This document shows positions 1 through 11,639 of a stretch of 64,000 nucleotides of DNA, in pieces. Origin of the DNA: Macrostomum hystrix (taxonomy: Eukaryota > Animalia > Platyhelminthes); NCBI GenBank assembly GCA_950097015.1, contig CATNEN010000024.1:6510001-6574000 (forward strand), read 5' to 3'. Position numbers and translations under genes: made by a program. The notes under the pieces were generated by a model that ran no database searches, was not told the DNA's origin, and saw nothing but the letters and a program-made list of their open reading frames with translations. Position 1 is the stretch's first letter, and every line of letters begins with the position of its first letter.

Positions 1-340
1 TCCCCCCAGAATAACAGATTCTTGCCCCCCAGAATATCAGATTCTTCCCCCCAGAATATCAGATTCTTCCCCTCCCCAGAATATCAGATTCTTCCCCCCA
101 GAATATCAGATTCTTGCCCCCCAGAATATCAGATTCTTCCACAAAGAATCTTCGATTCTTCCACAAAGAATCTTCGATTCTTCCCCTCCCCAGAATATCA
201 GATTCTTCCTCCCAGAATATCAGATTCTTGCCCCCCAGAATATCAGATTCTTCCACAAAGAATCTTCGATTCTCCACCCAGAAACTCGGATTCTTCCCCC
301 AAGGAATCTCAGATTCTCCCACAAAAGAATCTCAGATTGC
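1..340. repeat. Intronic minisatellite, ~21 bp unit CCCCAGAATATCAGATTCTTC
   Basis: Visible tandem copies immediately downstream of the donor at 356. Confidence 0.9.
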
Positions 341-356
341 CTCCCGAGCATCTAAC

Positions 357-2428
357 CTGGAGAAGGCCTGTGGACAAAGCTGGCACTCGTAGGGCCGCGT
401 GTTGCTATGCAGACGGGCGTGCCTGCTGAGCATATCGCTGCGATTAAACACCCGATTGCAGACGTGGCACAAGTGACCACCCGAGCGACCAACTGGCGAT
501 GTCGATCCCCCAGGCGTTGTTGCAGCGGCTGGGGCGGCATTAGCTGTGGTAGCGGCGGCAGAAGCAGCAGCAGCAGCCACCGGCTGGCCAGGCGGAAACA
601 CGAACAGCGAAGCGGCGGTCGCACTAGCGATAGACGCCGTCGCAGACGTCATTGCCACGGAGGCCGACGATGTTGAATGCGGATTAATGCAGTCGCCAGC
701 CTGGTCCTGCGGTGTCTGGGGCGCGCTCTGGCACAGCCGATACTGCTGGAACTGGGGCAGCTGCTGGAACTGGTGCAAACTGTGGTGAAACATTTGCAGA
801 CTAAACTGGTTAGACATTGTTGGCGGCGCAGACGGCGGCGTGAAAGCGTCCGACGAGTCGAAATCTACAGACGGATGGCTGGACGGTCCGGAGGCGGTCG
901 AAGATGCGGTGGGGGCGCAGCCGGAATCCGTATCCCGACTGGATAAATAGCGATCGCGCAGGTACTTCTTGAAGCCGCCAGCTTGGCCCAGGGCGTCTTC
1001 GCGATTGCCGCCGGTTGAGCTGCCTGAAACGGTGGCGGCGTCGGCGGCTTCGGCGGACGCGACGGCCGAGGCATCGGCCCTCGGCTGGCAGACAGGGCCG
1101 CTGGTGCTGCTGTTTCGGCGCCGCATTCGCTTCTGATAGATGCTGGCCTAGTTGGGATTAGATGGGAATTAAATGAGATTAGATTAGATGGGGTGAGATT
1201 AGACTAGGTGAGGTGAGATTAGATTATATGAGTGAGATTAGATTAGATTGGGTGAGATTAGACTAGGTGAGGTGAGATTAGATTATATGAGTTAGATTAT
1301 GTGAGTGAGATTAGATTATCCGATGTGAGATGTCAGGATTGTGAGATTAGATTTGATGGGTCGATATGAGATGGGATTGGATTAGATGGGGTGAGATGAG
1401 ATTAGATTTGGTGGGATGAGAAAGATAGAATGGGATCGGAATGGGATTCGAGATTAGATTATGAGCTAAAATGTGCTAAACGCAATAAAATGGAAGAAAA
1501 TGAAGTTATAGTAAGCCAGTTAGGTGGGTTATGGGTGATGATATTTGTTGCTTTTTATCTAACTCGATCAGTGTCCAAAAATGGGGTTATATGAAAAGGG
1601 AATCTAATCTTATAGACTTGAAAGTTGGATTTGAAATACGGCCTCACTGTTAGCTACTTGATTCAGCCTTGTGTGAACTGACTAAATTCTCTTAGGCCAC
1701 ATTTTTGGCACTTGTTTGTCCCCCCTGACTGACTCCCAAGACTCCGGCGCCAGTAGCGGTGCAAATGTACTTAAATTCGTTAGAATAATAACAATTGTAA
1801 ACACGGCCATTTCCCAGCCGATGTCTCTCCTCAGTCGTCATAGATTGTAAAATGACAGGGAATTAGTCTACGTCTCTACGACTTGGATTGTCTGATTTCA
1901 AAGGAGGCCGGACTGAATCTGATAACAAAATAATCAAGGAATGAATGCAGTGAATCGCATTTCGTCCCAGACTAACACTAACAGATTTAGACCGATTCAT
2001 TAAAGCGTATCAGTCTAGCAAAATAAAACTAATTTAATCACACATGACTCACGAATCCATCGGTTCTTCGTTCAATTAAGGTAGATTACCTGAGTTATAT
2101 TCTCCAATAGGCGACTCAAATCCGGAGCCGCAGTACCGCCGACTGTCGATGTCGAGTAAGCCATCATCCCGTTGTAGTTGTTATTATTATTGTTGTTGCA
2201 GCCCATTATGGTCATTTCTATCAACTGCGACGCTTCAATTGGTGTTGCCGTTGCACTGACGAGGCCTTGTTGGACTATTGTCGGCTCTTCGATGAAGTTG
2301 AAATTCAATTGACGCTTAACGCCTCGAACTAGAGGCGACGTCAGGCTGCCGGCCGAGTGCGGAGGTGGTCCGGGGCTGCAGTGCTCGCTGTGGTCCCTCA
2401 TGGCAGCTTGGTCTCGGTTTATTTGCAT
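357..2428 (-). CDS. C2H2 zinc-finger transcription factor, Klumpfuss/EGR-WT1-like (3' part lies outside the window)
   Basis: Exons 2428(or 2401)..2090 and 1147..357. Donor CAG|GTAATC and acceptor caactag|GCC join in phase 0 (NITQ|ASIYQKRMRRR). The second exon ends with CHVCNRVFNRSDMLSRHARLHSNTRPYECQLCPQAFSR at a phase-2 donor AG|GTTAGA. RSDML-RH and FSR resemble Klumpfuss fingers. N-terminus is Q/A/S-rich. Confidence 0.8.
1153..1450. repeat. Low-complexity GAGATTAGATTAG-type repeat in zinc-finger intron 1
   Basis: Degenerate tandem GAGAT/TAGAT units next to the acceptor at 1148. Confidence 0.8.
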
Positions 2429-3790
2429 GGATTAACTTGAGAGTGCTAGATTTTTTCTTGAACACTTTCGATGAAGCTTGACGATAGATGAATACCCTTT
2501 TCACCAAGAACGTAAGCTCTTTCTTAGAGATGATGCCTTGTGATTTTTTCCTCCCTGGAGGGGGCGCCCATGCGCAAGTGGTACTTTCTACTGTATTTAT
2601 AACTCGCGGCCAGGGAAGAGGGGCCCACCACAAGGCTAAAACATTGGGGGAGGGCTGGGAGGGGCCTTCCTCTATCACATCCAGGGTAAACTAGGAGGCC
2701 ATCCCTCTACACCCTTCAAATATTCCAGACCACTGCCCCACCTTAGCCAATCAGAGGCCAGTCCCAACCCTACGGACCACTTTAGACTGTGGTCCGGTCT
2801 GACTTAGGCTAGGAGGTGGAAGGAGGCGGGGTGGGTTCACCCTCCAGTCCCCCCCCCACACTCAAACTAGCCTCACCCACGCTAGTTTGTTTGTGTGCGC
2901 GCGCTGGCCCCCGCCCCCCACCCCACCCACCCACAACATGAGAGTTTGCGTTCCGGAGAAAAAAGTAATGCGAAGGGGTCGCCCGATCTGTGTGGGCGGA
3001 ATTACGCAGCCGGCCGCCAGGGTGCGGCTCGCTTTAGTCCAGGCCAGGCTTTTCTGCCCAATGGCTCATTGGCTCAATGTGCGTCACAGTCTTACATTAT
3101 TTTTTCTCAAAGTGAGAAGAGAAGCAGAATAAGCAGAAGGTAAGGAAAGGGGTCGTCTTAGACTTCGAAGGTTAGAAGAACAAGGCAAAATTAAATGCGC
3201 GCATTGAAGTCATGCGTTGGGGCATTCTCTAGTAAAATACCTATTAGCTTATTTGTAAATGGGGTTCAAAGTGGGGTGACAGGGTCCGAATTCAGAGCAG
3301 CAGTTTCAATTTCCACTATCGCTTAGGTCTCTTATAATTTCAATATCTTGCTCTTTATATGCGAGAGCAAAAGTTTTTTTAGCGAGGCCACTATATCGTT
3401 AGAGCCGCAACCCCCGATGAAGAGAATTACCAAGCCATTTGAGAGACTGAGTTGGGAGGGCATTGTGCAGTGTTTTCTTTATTCTTTTTTTTATATTATT
3501 ATTTTCTGCCAGTCATGTGTCCAGCGTCTGCAATGGGAAGCATTACCGATGCGAGTTCTTTATTTTCCTGTTGAGCAGTAGGTCACTTTTATACAGACTA
3601 CAGCCTGGGCTGCAGATTGTGTTTGCTTGCACCCCAAGTGTTTGCTATTAATAAATCAATCAGCATTTACGATTAAGTTGATAAAGTTTGAGTTGGCAGT
3701 GTGAGCATTTCCGAGTGCAATTTCATACTAATTTTTAAGCCTACTCACTAGTCTTTATATTAGCGATTGTGTGTAAATAGAAATAATGAA

Positions 3791-3930
3791 TCATCTCTCC
3801 AATGTCTCATCTCTCCAATGTCTCATCTCTCCACTGTCTTATCTCTCCACTGTCTTATCTCTCCACTGTCTCATGTCTCCACTGTCTCATCTCTCCAATG
3901 TCTCATATCTCCACTGTCTCGTCTCTCCAC
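3791..3930. repeat. 16-bp minisatellite TGTCTCATCTCTCCAC
   Basis: About 8 tandem copies. Confidence 0.85.
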
Positions 3931-4164
3931 TTTGCTAGGCTTTCGCTTAGAAAAACATAGAAAGGCCTTAAAATATACCCAGAGTCAGCACAGCGTGCTT
4001 CAGTCCTTGTTGCTCTTTTAGTTCTCCGCCAGAAATTTTACGTCGAAAAAGTAGTTTCCTTGGTGCACTACTGATGAGTAGCAAGTTTGGACAACGTAAA
4101 GTATGTTTTTTTAATTGAAAAAAGACGTAGGACTTAAAAAGAGCTCGCTCACTACGAGATAGAT

Positions 4165-4811
4165 CAGGGGTCGGCAAAGTCTGGCCAGCGGGCCATATGC
4201 GGCCCTCGAAGCTCACAAATCCAGCCCGTTGCCCTATCCAACACCTACAGTATACTGTCTCATCTCTTCCGTTTCTTATATATCCCCTGTTTCATCTTTC
4301 CCTTGTCTCATTTGTCCTGTGTGGCTGTGTCTCATCTTTCCCCTGTCTCATACCTCCCGTGTCTCCCGACTCATCTCTTCCCTTTCTCCTGTCTCCCGTG
4401 TCTCATCTCTCCTGTGCCTTATCTCTCCTGTGCCTCATATCTCCTGTGCCTTATCTCTCCCGTGTCTCATCTCTCCTGTGCCTCATCTCTCCCGTGTCTC
4501 ATCTCTCCTGTGCCTCATCTCTCCTGTGCCTCATCTCTCCCGTGTCTCATCTCTCCCGTGTCTCATCTCTCCTGTGCCTCATCTCTCCCGTGTCTCATCT
4601 CTCCTGTGCCTCATCTCTCCTGTGCCTCATCTCTCCCGTGCCTCATCTCTCCCGTGCCTCATCTCTCCTGTGCCTCATCTCTCCTGTGCCTCATCTCTCC
4701 TGTGCCTCATCTCTGCCCTTTCTCTGTCTTATACTCGTATTCCTACTGTGGCGCACCGTATTCTTTTATATTCTCTCCGTGGCCCGCTTGCTAATGAGTT
4801 TGCCGACCCTG
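4165..4811. mobile_element. hAT-type non-autonomous element (MITE) carrying a minisatellite
   Basis: Left TIR CAGGGGTCGGCAAAGT at 4165. Right end AGTTTGCCGACCCTG ending 4811. GGCCC subterminal motifs. Flanking 8-mers AGATAGAT and AGCTGGAT match 6/8, consistent with a decayed 8-bp TSD. Confidence 0.7.
4255..4730. repeat. 16-bp minisatellite TG(T/C)CTCATCTCTCC(C/T) inside the hAT MITE
   Basis: Roughly 25-30 copies, best conserved in 4400-4715. Confidence 0.9.
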
Positions 4812-4829
4812 AGCTGGATAGGCAGTGCT

Positions 4830-5294
4830 TAGCAAGAGGATACGAAGGAGGCGGCTTCCAGAGTGCCAGTCAGACGCATCATCCGTGGTGGAGGAGAAGC
4901 CATCGTGCAGAAGTGCAGATCTGCATTGACCTACAACCGATGCATGGGCGGCGTTGACCGAATGGATGGTCACATGCAGCCTCATCAACCTGGCAGAAAA
5001 ACCATGAAGTGGTTTCTGAAGCTTGGTCTGCACCTGTTCCTGCAAATGGTTCGTAATGCTTGGATTGTGTACTGTCGGTGTGGCGGGCGGAAGGTTTTTT
5101 CCAAGTTTCTGGAGGCCAACATTCGCGAATTGGTGCAGTGCACTGGAGGGAGTAGAAAGCGACCGGCTGCTGTAACTCTGGCAGTCCAGGCAATCGGTCT
5201 GATCGGCCCGCACTTTCCAACAAAAACACTTTTGGCCATAGACACTAATTTGCTTGCTTTGGGCCAGACTGGAATTGGTGTGTCTACGTGGTAA
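4830..5294 (+). pseudogene. piggyBac-family transposase C-terminal remnant
   Basis: YNRCMGGVDRMD...RKTMKWFLKL...NAWIVY matches the piggyBac YN..MGGVD..D / RKT.KW..K / NA.I.Y signature. There is an upstream in-frame stop, and no N-terminus or TIRs were found. Confidence 0.8.
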
Positions 5295-5681
5295 GCAGTG
5301 CATACCATCAGACTTTTGGAGGTTAAACACTGTTAGACACAGAGTTCTGTTGTTTATGAATAATGCGCTTATGTTACCCATTTGCGTCAGTAACAGTTTA
5401 CCACGCCCTACCGTTAATATATTTAGTTTCAGTCTCGCGATTCGATAAGTACATTTGGAGTACATGCACAGACCTGATACAAATATAGTAACACAACTGT
5501 ACAAAGTGTACATGCACATGCTCTTATCAATGCGGAAAGTCCGTATTTAAAATATATAGTCTCAACTTTTATCTCAACCGAAACTGCTCTGGTTAGGCTT
5601 TGGAACTGATCAAATCAAACCGACTTTGACAATTAAAGTTCTTTCTTAGTAAATTGCTCAATAATCCTATTTGAAGATAGA

Positions 5682-8284
5682 ATGGCCTGCAAATTTGAGG
5701 TATTCGACATTAAACTAGAAAAGACTTGTCCCTATGTGTCTGGTGACGTCGTACGCGGAGATCTGCTGCTAAAATCGAAGAAGGACAAAAACTTGGCTCG
5801 AGTTGTCATTCACCTGTTCGGCGGAGGGCGCGTGCAAATTCCCTGCGTCAAGGTTTGTTATAAGCCGCTCTCTGTCTAACAGCTGATCTCCCTGTCTAAC
5901 ACCCAATGTCCCTGTCTAACACCCGATATCCTTATCTAACACGCGATTTTCCTTATCTAACACCCGATATCCTTATCTAACACGCGATTTTCCTTATCTA
6001 ATACCCGATATCCTTATCTAACACGCGATTTTCCTTATCTAATACCCGATTTACTTATCTAACACCCGATTTACTTATCTAACACCCGATATCCTTATCT
6101 AACACCCGATTTACTTATCTAACACCCGATTTACTTATCTAACACCCGATTTACTTATCTAACACCCGATATCCTTATCTAACACCCGATTTACTTATCT
6201 AACACCCGATTTACTTATCTAACACCCGATTTACTTATCTAACACCCGATTTCCTTATCTAATACCCGATATCCTTATCTAACACCCGATTTACTTATCT
6301 AACACCCGATTTACTTATCTAACACCCGATTTACTTATCTAACACTCGATTTACTTATCTAACACCCGATTTACTTATCTAACACCCGATTTACTTATCT
6401 AACACCCGATTTACTTATCTAACACCCGATTTACTTATCTAACACCCGATATCCTTATCTAACATCTGATATTCCTGTATTCCTAACGGAATGCTAGTTC
6501 ATTACACTAAGACATCGGACTTCCCAAACCTAAATACAGGACAAGTCCTCACTGGCAGGGCATCGGGACAGTCAAACTTTTCTCCGTCAGAGCCAGGTGC
6601 TCCTTGATCGGGGCTCTCTAGCCAAGAGCCGACTGCTCAAGCTGGCATTTGAGCTGCGATTGCCAGAGCGTCTGCCCAGCTCGTTCGGCTCCGTCATCGT
6701 CTACAGCCTGACAGCGCTGGTGGACAGGGGCACTCCAGGCAAGGCCAGCGCAATCACTCAGCCCATTGTTGTCATTGCAAATCTTGACCTAAACAATAGG
6801 ATTAGCGGCGGAGACCTGTGGCAGCCAATTGAGGCGTGGGCTCATTGGCAGCAGCAAATTTCGGCTAGGTACGTTTACTTATTGCGCAAGGGGAATGACA
6901 GAGGGGAACGAGGGACAAGGGGAACGAGGGAACGAGGGGAACCCAGAGCTGACTGTACACCCTACGCCCATAGAAGTGCGGCTCCGAGTCATCAGCAGCG
7001 TCAGCAGCAGGAGTGTCTTGGCCTGGCGACAGTCCGCCTGATTGCTGACAAGCGCGGCTTCGCAATCGGCGAGTCGATCAGCCTCAGTGTGGAGCTGCGG
7101 AACAACACTAAAGCGCGGCTGGACTCTATCCGGGTCTGCCTCACCCAGAAGGCGGTGCTTAAGGCATCGGCCGACGCCAGCGGAGAGGGTGGCGCAGTGG
7201 CCAGGCAAGAGCAGCGACAAGCGGTGGAGCTCAGCCGGCTGCAGGAGCGCTTGAAGCCCGGCGCCTCGCTGCTGGAGGACAGCCTCCACCTGACGGTGCC
7301 CTGCGTGGCCACCGCGTCACCTCCCGGGTGTTGTCGCCTGCTTCGCATCAGTTACTGGCTGCAGGTACAAGTCGACGAGTTCTGTCCTTCAAAGTATCAT
7401 CAGTTACTCCACTCTGTCCCTCAGAGTATCATCAGTTACTCCACTCTGTCCCTCAGAGTATCATCAGTTACTCCACCCTGTCCCTCAGAGTATCATCAGT
7501 TACTCCACCCTGTCCCTCAGAGTATCATCAGTTACTCCACCCTGTCCCTCAGAGTATCATCAGTTACTCCACCCTGTCCCTCAGAGTATCATCAGTTTCT
7601 CCACCCTGTCCCTCAGAGTATCATCAGTTACTCCACCCTGTCCCTCAGAGTATCATCAGTTACTCCACCCTGTCCCTCAGAGTATCATCAGTTTCTCCAC
7701 CCTGTCCCTCAGAGTATCATCAGTTTCTCCACCCTGTCCCTCAGAGTATCATCAGTTACTCCACCCTGTCCCTCAGAGTATCATTAGTTACTCCACCCTG
7801 TCCCTCATAGTATCATCAGTTACTCCACCCTGTCCCTCATAGTATCATCAGTTTCTCCACCCTGTCCCTCAGAGTATCATCAGTTACTCCACCCTGTCCT
7901 TCAGACAGTGAAGACCAGCCAATTGACTTGCCTTGCCCAACCCTTTACCAGGTGGTGTGCTCAGCAACAACCGAGCTGTTGCCTGTGGCAAGCTTTGAGC
8001 CCGCAGTGCAGAATCTGCTTATTGGTTCCGAGCTGGAGCAGGTGACAGTCCTCCTGGAGGAGCCTGTCATCATCGGCACTAGTCGTCTCGCGCAGGCGGA
8101 AGGTTCCGCTTCAGCAGCCGAGTCGGTGAATGCTCCAGGTAGTCGTCAGCTGGTACCGCCGGTTCCACCGCCCCGACCGTCGGCTCCGCCGCCAGCTGCA
8201 GTCCACCCAAGCGCTCCGCCAAGCTACGAAGAGAGCCTGCTGCAGAGACTGCGACAAGAGGACTCAACTGGCGTGTTTTCCTAA
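5682..8284 (+). CDS. Alpha-arrestin (arrestin-domain-containing protein), 390 aa
   Basis: join(5682..5852,6591..6868,6974..7364,7952..8284) = 1173 nt, all GT-AG and phase-consistent. Contains GDVVRGDL, FELRLPERLPSSF, FAIGESISLSVELRNNT, ISYWLQV, PVIIGT and a C-terminal PPSY (PY) motif. Confidence 0.85.
5872..6478. repeat. 20-bp minisatellite ACCCGATTTACTTATCTAAC in arrestin intron 1
   Basis: About 30 copies. Confidence 0.95.
7385..7904. repeat. 32-bp minisatellite TCAGAGTATCATCAGTTACTCCACCCTGTCCC in arrestin intron 3
   Basis: About 16 copies filling the intron. Confidence 0.95.
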
Positions 8285-8361
8285 CTGCTGGCCACAGATG
8301 AACGAATTTAAATATGCACTCTCTCTACCGACACTAAAAATAATATCCGTAATCACTGAAA

Positions 8362-10815
8362 ATATAGACATCCCTCAGGCAATCTAGACATTCTCCTGGA
8401 AATCTAGACATTCTGCTGGAAATCTAGACATTCTCCTGGCAATCTAGACATCCTCCTGGCAATCTAGACATTCTCCTGGCAATCTAGACATTCTGCTGGA
8501 AATCTAGACATTCTCCTGGCAATCTAGACATCCTCCTGACAATCTAGACATTCTGCTGGAAATCTAGACATTCTCCTGGCAATCTAGACATCCTCCTGGC
8601 AATCTAGACATTCTCCTGGCAATCTAGACATTCTCCTGGCAATCTAGACATCATTCAGGCAATCTAGACATCCTTCTGACAATTTAGACATCATCCTGAC
8701 AATCTAGACATTCTCCTAGAAATCTAGACACCCTTCTGACAATCTAGACATTCTCCTGGAAATCTAGACATTCTCCTGGCAATCTAGACATCCTCCTGGC
8801 AATCTAGACATTCTCCTGGCAATCTAGACATTCTGCTGGAAATCTAGACATTCTCCTGGCAATCTAGACATCCTCCTGACAATCTAGACATTCTGCTGGA
8901 AATCTAGACATTCTCCTGGCAATCTAGACATCCTCCTGGCAATCTAGACATTCTCCTGGCAATCTAGACATTCTCCTGGCAATCTAGACATCATTCAGGC
9001 AATCTAGACATCCTTCTGACAATTTAGACATCATCCTGACAATCTAGACATTCTCCTGGAAATCATGACATTCTCCTGGAAATCTAGACATTCTCCTGGC
9101 AATCTAGACATTCTCCTAGAAATCTAGACATTCTCCTGGAAATCTAGACATTCTCCTGGAAATCTAGACATTCTCCTGGCAATCTAGACATTCTACTGGA
9201 AATCTAGACATCCTTCTGACAATCTAGACATCATCCTGGCAATCTTGACATTCTCCTGGAAATCTAGACATTCTCCTAGAAATCTAGACATTCTCCTGGC
9301 AATCTAGACATTCTCCTGGAAATCTAGACATTCTCCTGGAAATCTAGACATTCTCCTGGAAATCTAGACATTCTCCTGGCAATCTAGACATTCTCCTGGA
9401 AATCTAGACATTCTCCTGGAAATCTAGACATTCTCCTGGCAATCTAGACATTCTCCTGGCAATCTAGACATTCTCCTGGCAATCTAGACATTCTCCTGGA
9501 AATCTAGACATTCTCCTGGCAATCTAGACATTCTCCTGGAAATCTAGACATTCTCCTGGAAATCTAGACATCCTTCTGACAATCTAGACATCATCCTGGC
9601 AATCTAGACATTCTCCTGGCAATCTAGACATTCTCCTGGCAATCTAGACATCCTTCAGGCAATCTAGACATTCTCCCGGAAATCTAGACATCCTCCTGAC
9701 AATCTAGACATTCTGCTGGAAATCTAGACATTCTCCTGGAAATCTAGACATCCTTCTGACAATCTAGACATCATCCTGACAATCTAGACATTCTCCTGGA
9801 AATCTAGACATTCTCCTGGAAATCTAGACATTCTCCTGGCAATCTAGACATTCTCCTGGCAATCTAGACATTCTCCTGGCAATCTAGACATCCTCCTGAC
9901 AATATAGACATTCTGCTGGAAATCTAGACATTCTGCTGGAAATCTAGACATTCTCCTGGAAATCTAGACATCCTTCTGACAATCTAGACATCATCCTGAC
10001 AATCTAGACATTCTCCAGGAAATCTAGACATTCTCCTGGCAATCTAGACATTCTCCTGGCAATCTAGACATTCTCCTGGCAATCTAGACATTCTCCTGGC
10101 AATCTAGACATCATCCTGGCAATCTAGACATTCTCCTGGCAATCTAGACATTCTCCTGGCAATCTAGACATCCTTCAGGCAGTCTAGACATCATCCTGGC
10201 AATCTAGCCATTCTCCTGGCAATCTAGACATTCTCCTGGCAATCTAGACATCCTTCATGCAATCTAGACATTCTCCCGGAAATCTAGATATACTTCTGAC
10301 AATCTAGACATCCTTCTGACAATCTAGACATCATCCTGACAATCTAGACATTCTCCAGGAAATCTAGACATTCTCCTGGCAATCTAGACATTCTCCTGGC
10401 AATCTAGACATTCTCCTGGCAATCTAGACATTCTCCTGGCAATCTAGACATTCTCCCGGAAATCTAGACATCCTTCTGACAATCTAGACATCCTTCAGGC
10501 AATCTAGACATTCTCCTGGCAATCTAGACATTCTCCCGGAAATCTAGACATCCTTCTGACAATCTAGACATCCTTCAGGCAATCTAGACATTCTCCCGGT
10601 AATCTAGATATACTTCTGACAATCTAGACATTCTTCTGACAATCTATAGACATTCTTTTGACAATCTAGACATTCTTCTGACAATCTAGACATCCTTCTG
10701 ACAATCTAGACATCCTTCTGACAATCTAGACATCCTTCAGGCAGTCTAGACATCATCCTGGCAATCTAGACATCCTTCTGACAATCTAGACATCCTTCTG
10801 ACAATCTAGACAATC
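8362..10815. repeat. 20-bp minisatellite AATCTAGACATTCTCCTGGC
   Basis: About 120 copies with variant units. Each unit contains TCTAGA. Confidence 0.97.
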
Positions 10816-11639
10816 TTCCAGTTAATCCAGGGATAAAGCTGCCTAAACGATATCTGTACGTTTATCAGTTTGACTTGGTATACGATTTTAAAGAAAGTGG
10901 AGAAATGTTTAATATTTGGAATCGATGCAGCAAAGTATGCCTTTTATACTAAATAAACTGAATTACCTGTAAACATTTCACAAAATTTATTGTTTAAGCA
11001 AATAATTATACTCGTAAGTTAGTTCATAAGCATATCTGTTCCGAAAAAAGGCTTTTAATTTAAATCTAACTGATAAGATGACAAAGCCACAAGAGAATAA
11101 TTAAAATAGGAACATTAAAAGCTAGTCAATATTTTCGCAGTCAATCCAAGCAGGCACTGAAAAACGATCTACGAGCTAACAGGATGTTCCTGTCAGATTC
11201 AATATCATTAGCAAGTGAAAAGAGGTAATTGGCAAAACTGAGAAAAAAGTAGTTTCACAACCTAATTTTTCAGAACAGGGTTAGAAGTGATTATCAAGCT
11301 GGTTAATCTTAGGGGATATCACAGAGCTGCTCGACACTATATGAGTAGGAGCGCGAGTTTAGGGGTCGAGACAAAATGTTTTGCAATCCCCTCTTTTGAT
11401 AGAGCTTAACCTTTTTCGGCAAAAATTTGGCTTCTAACCTCTCGTTTATGCAGAAGCTACGTAGAAGCTATCTAACTTTTAGGAATCGAATTCAGGACCT
11501 TCTCGCACCATGACTGATTTTAAATTTGTGAGATTGCTAAACAGAAAACATCCTTTGTTCTCGACCCCTTCATCAAATCATAAATTAAATACAAACAAAA
11601 GAACGATGACCCATCCGCTAGTCCTTGGTCCGCAGAGGA

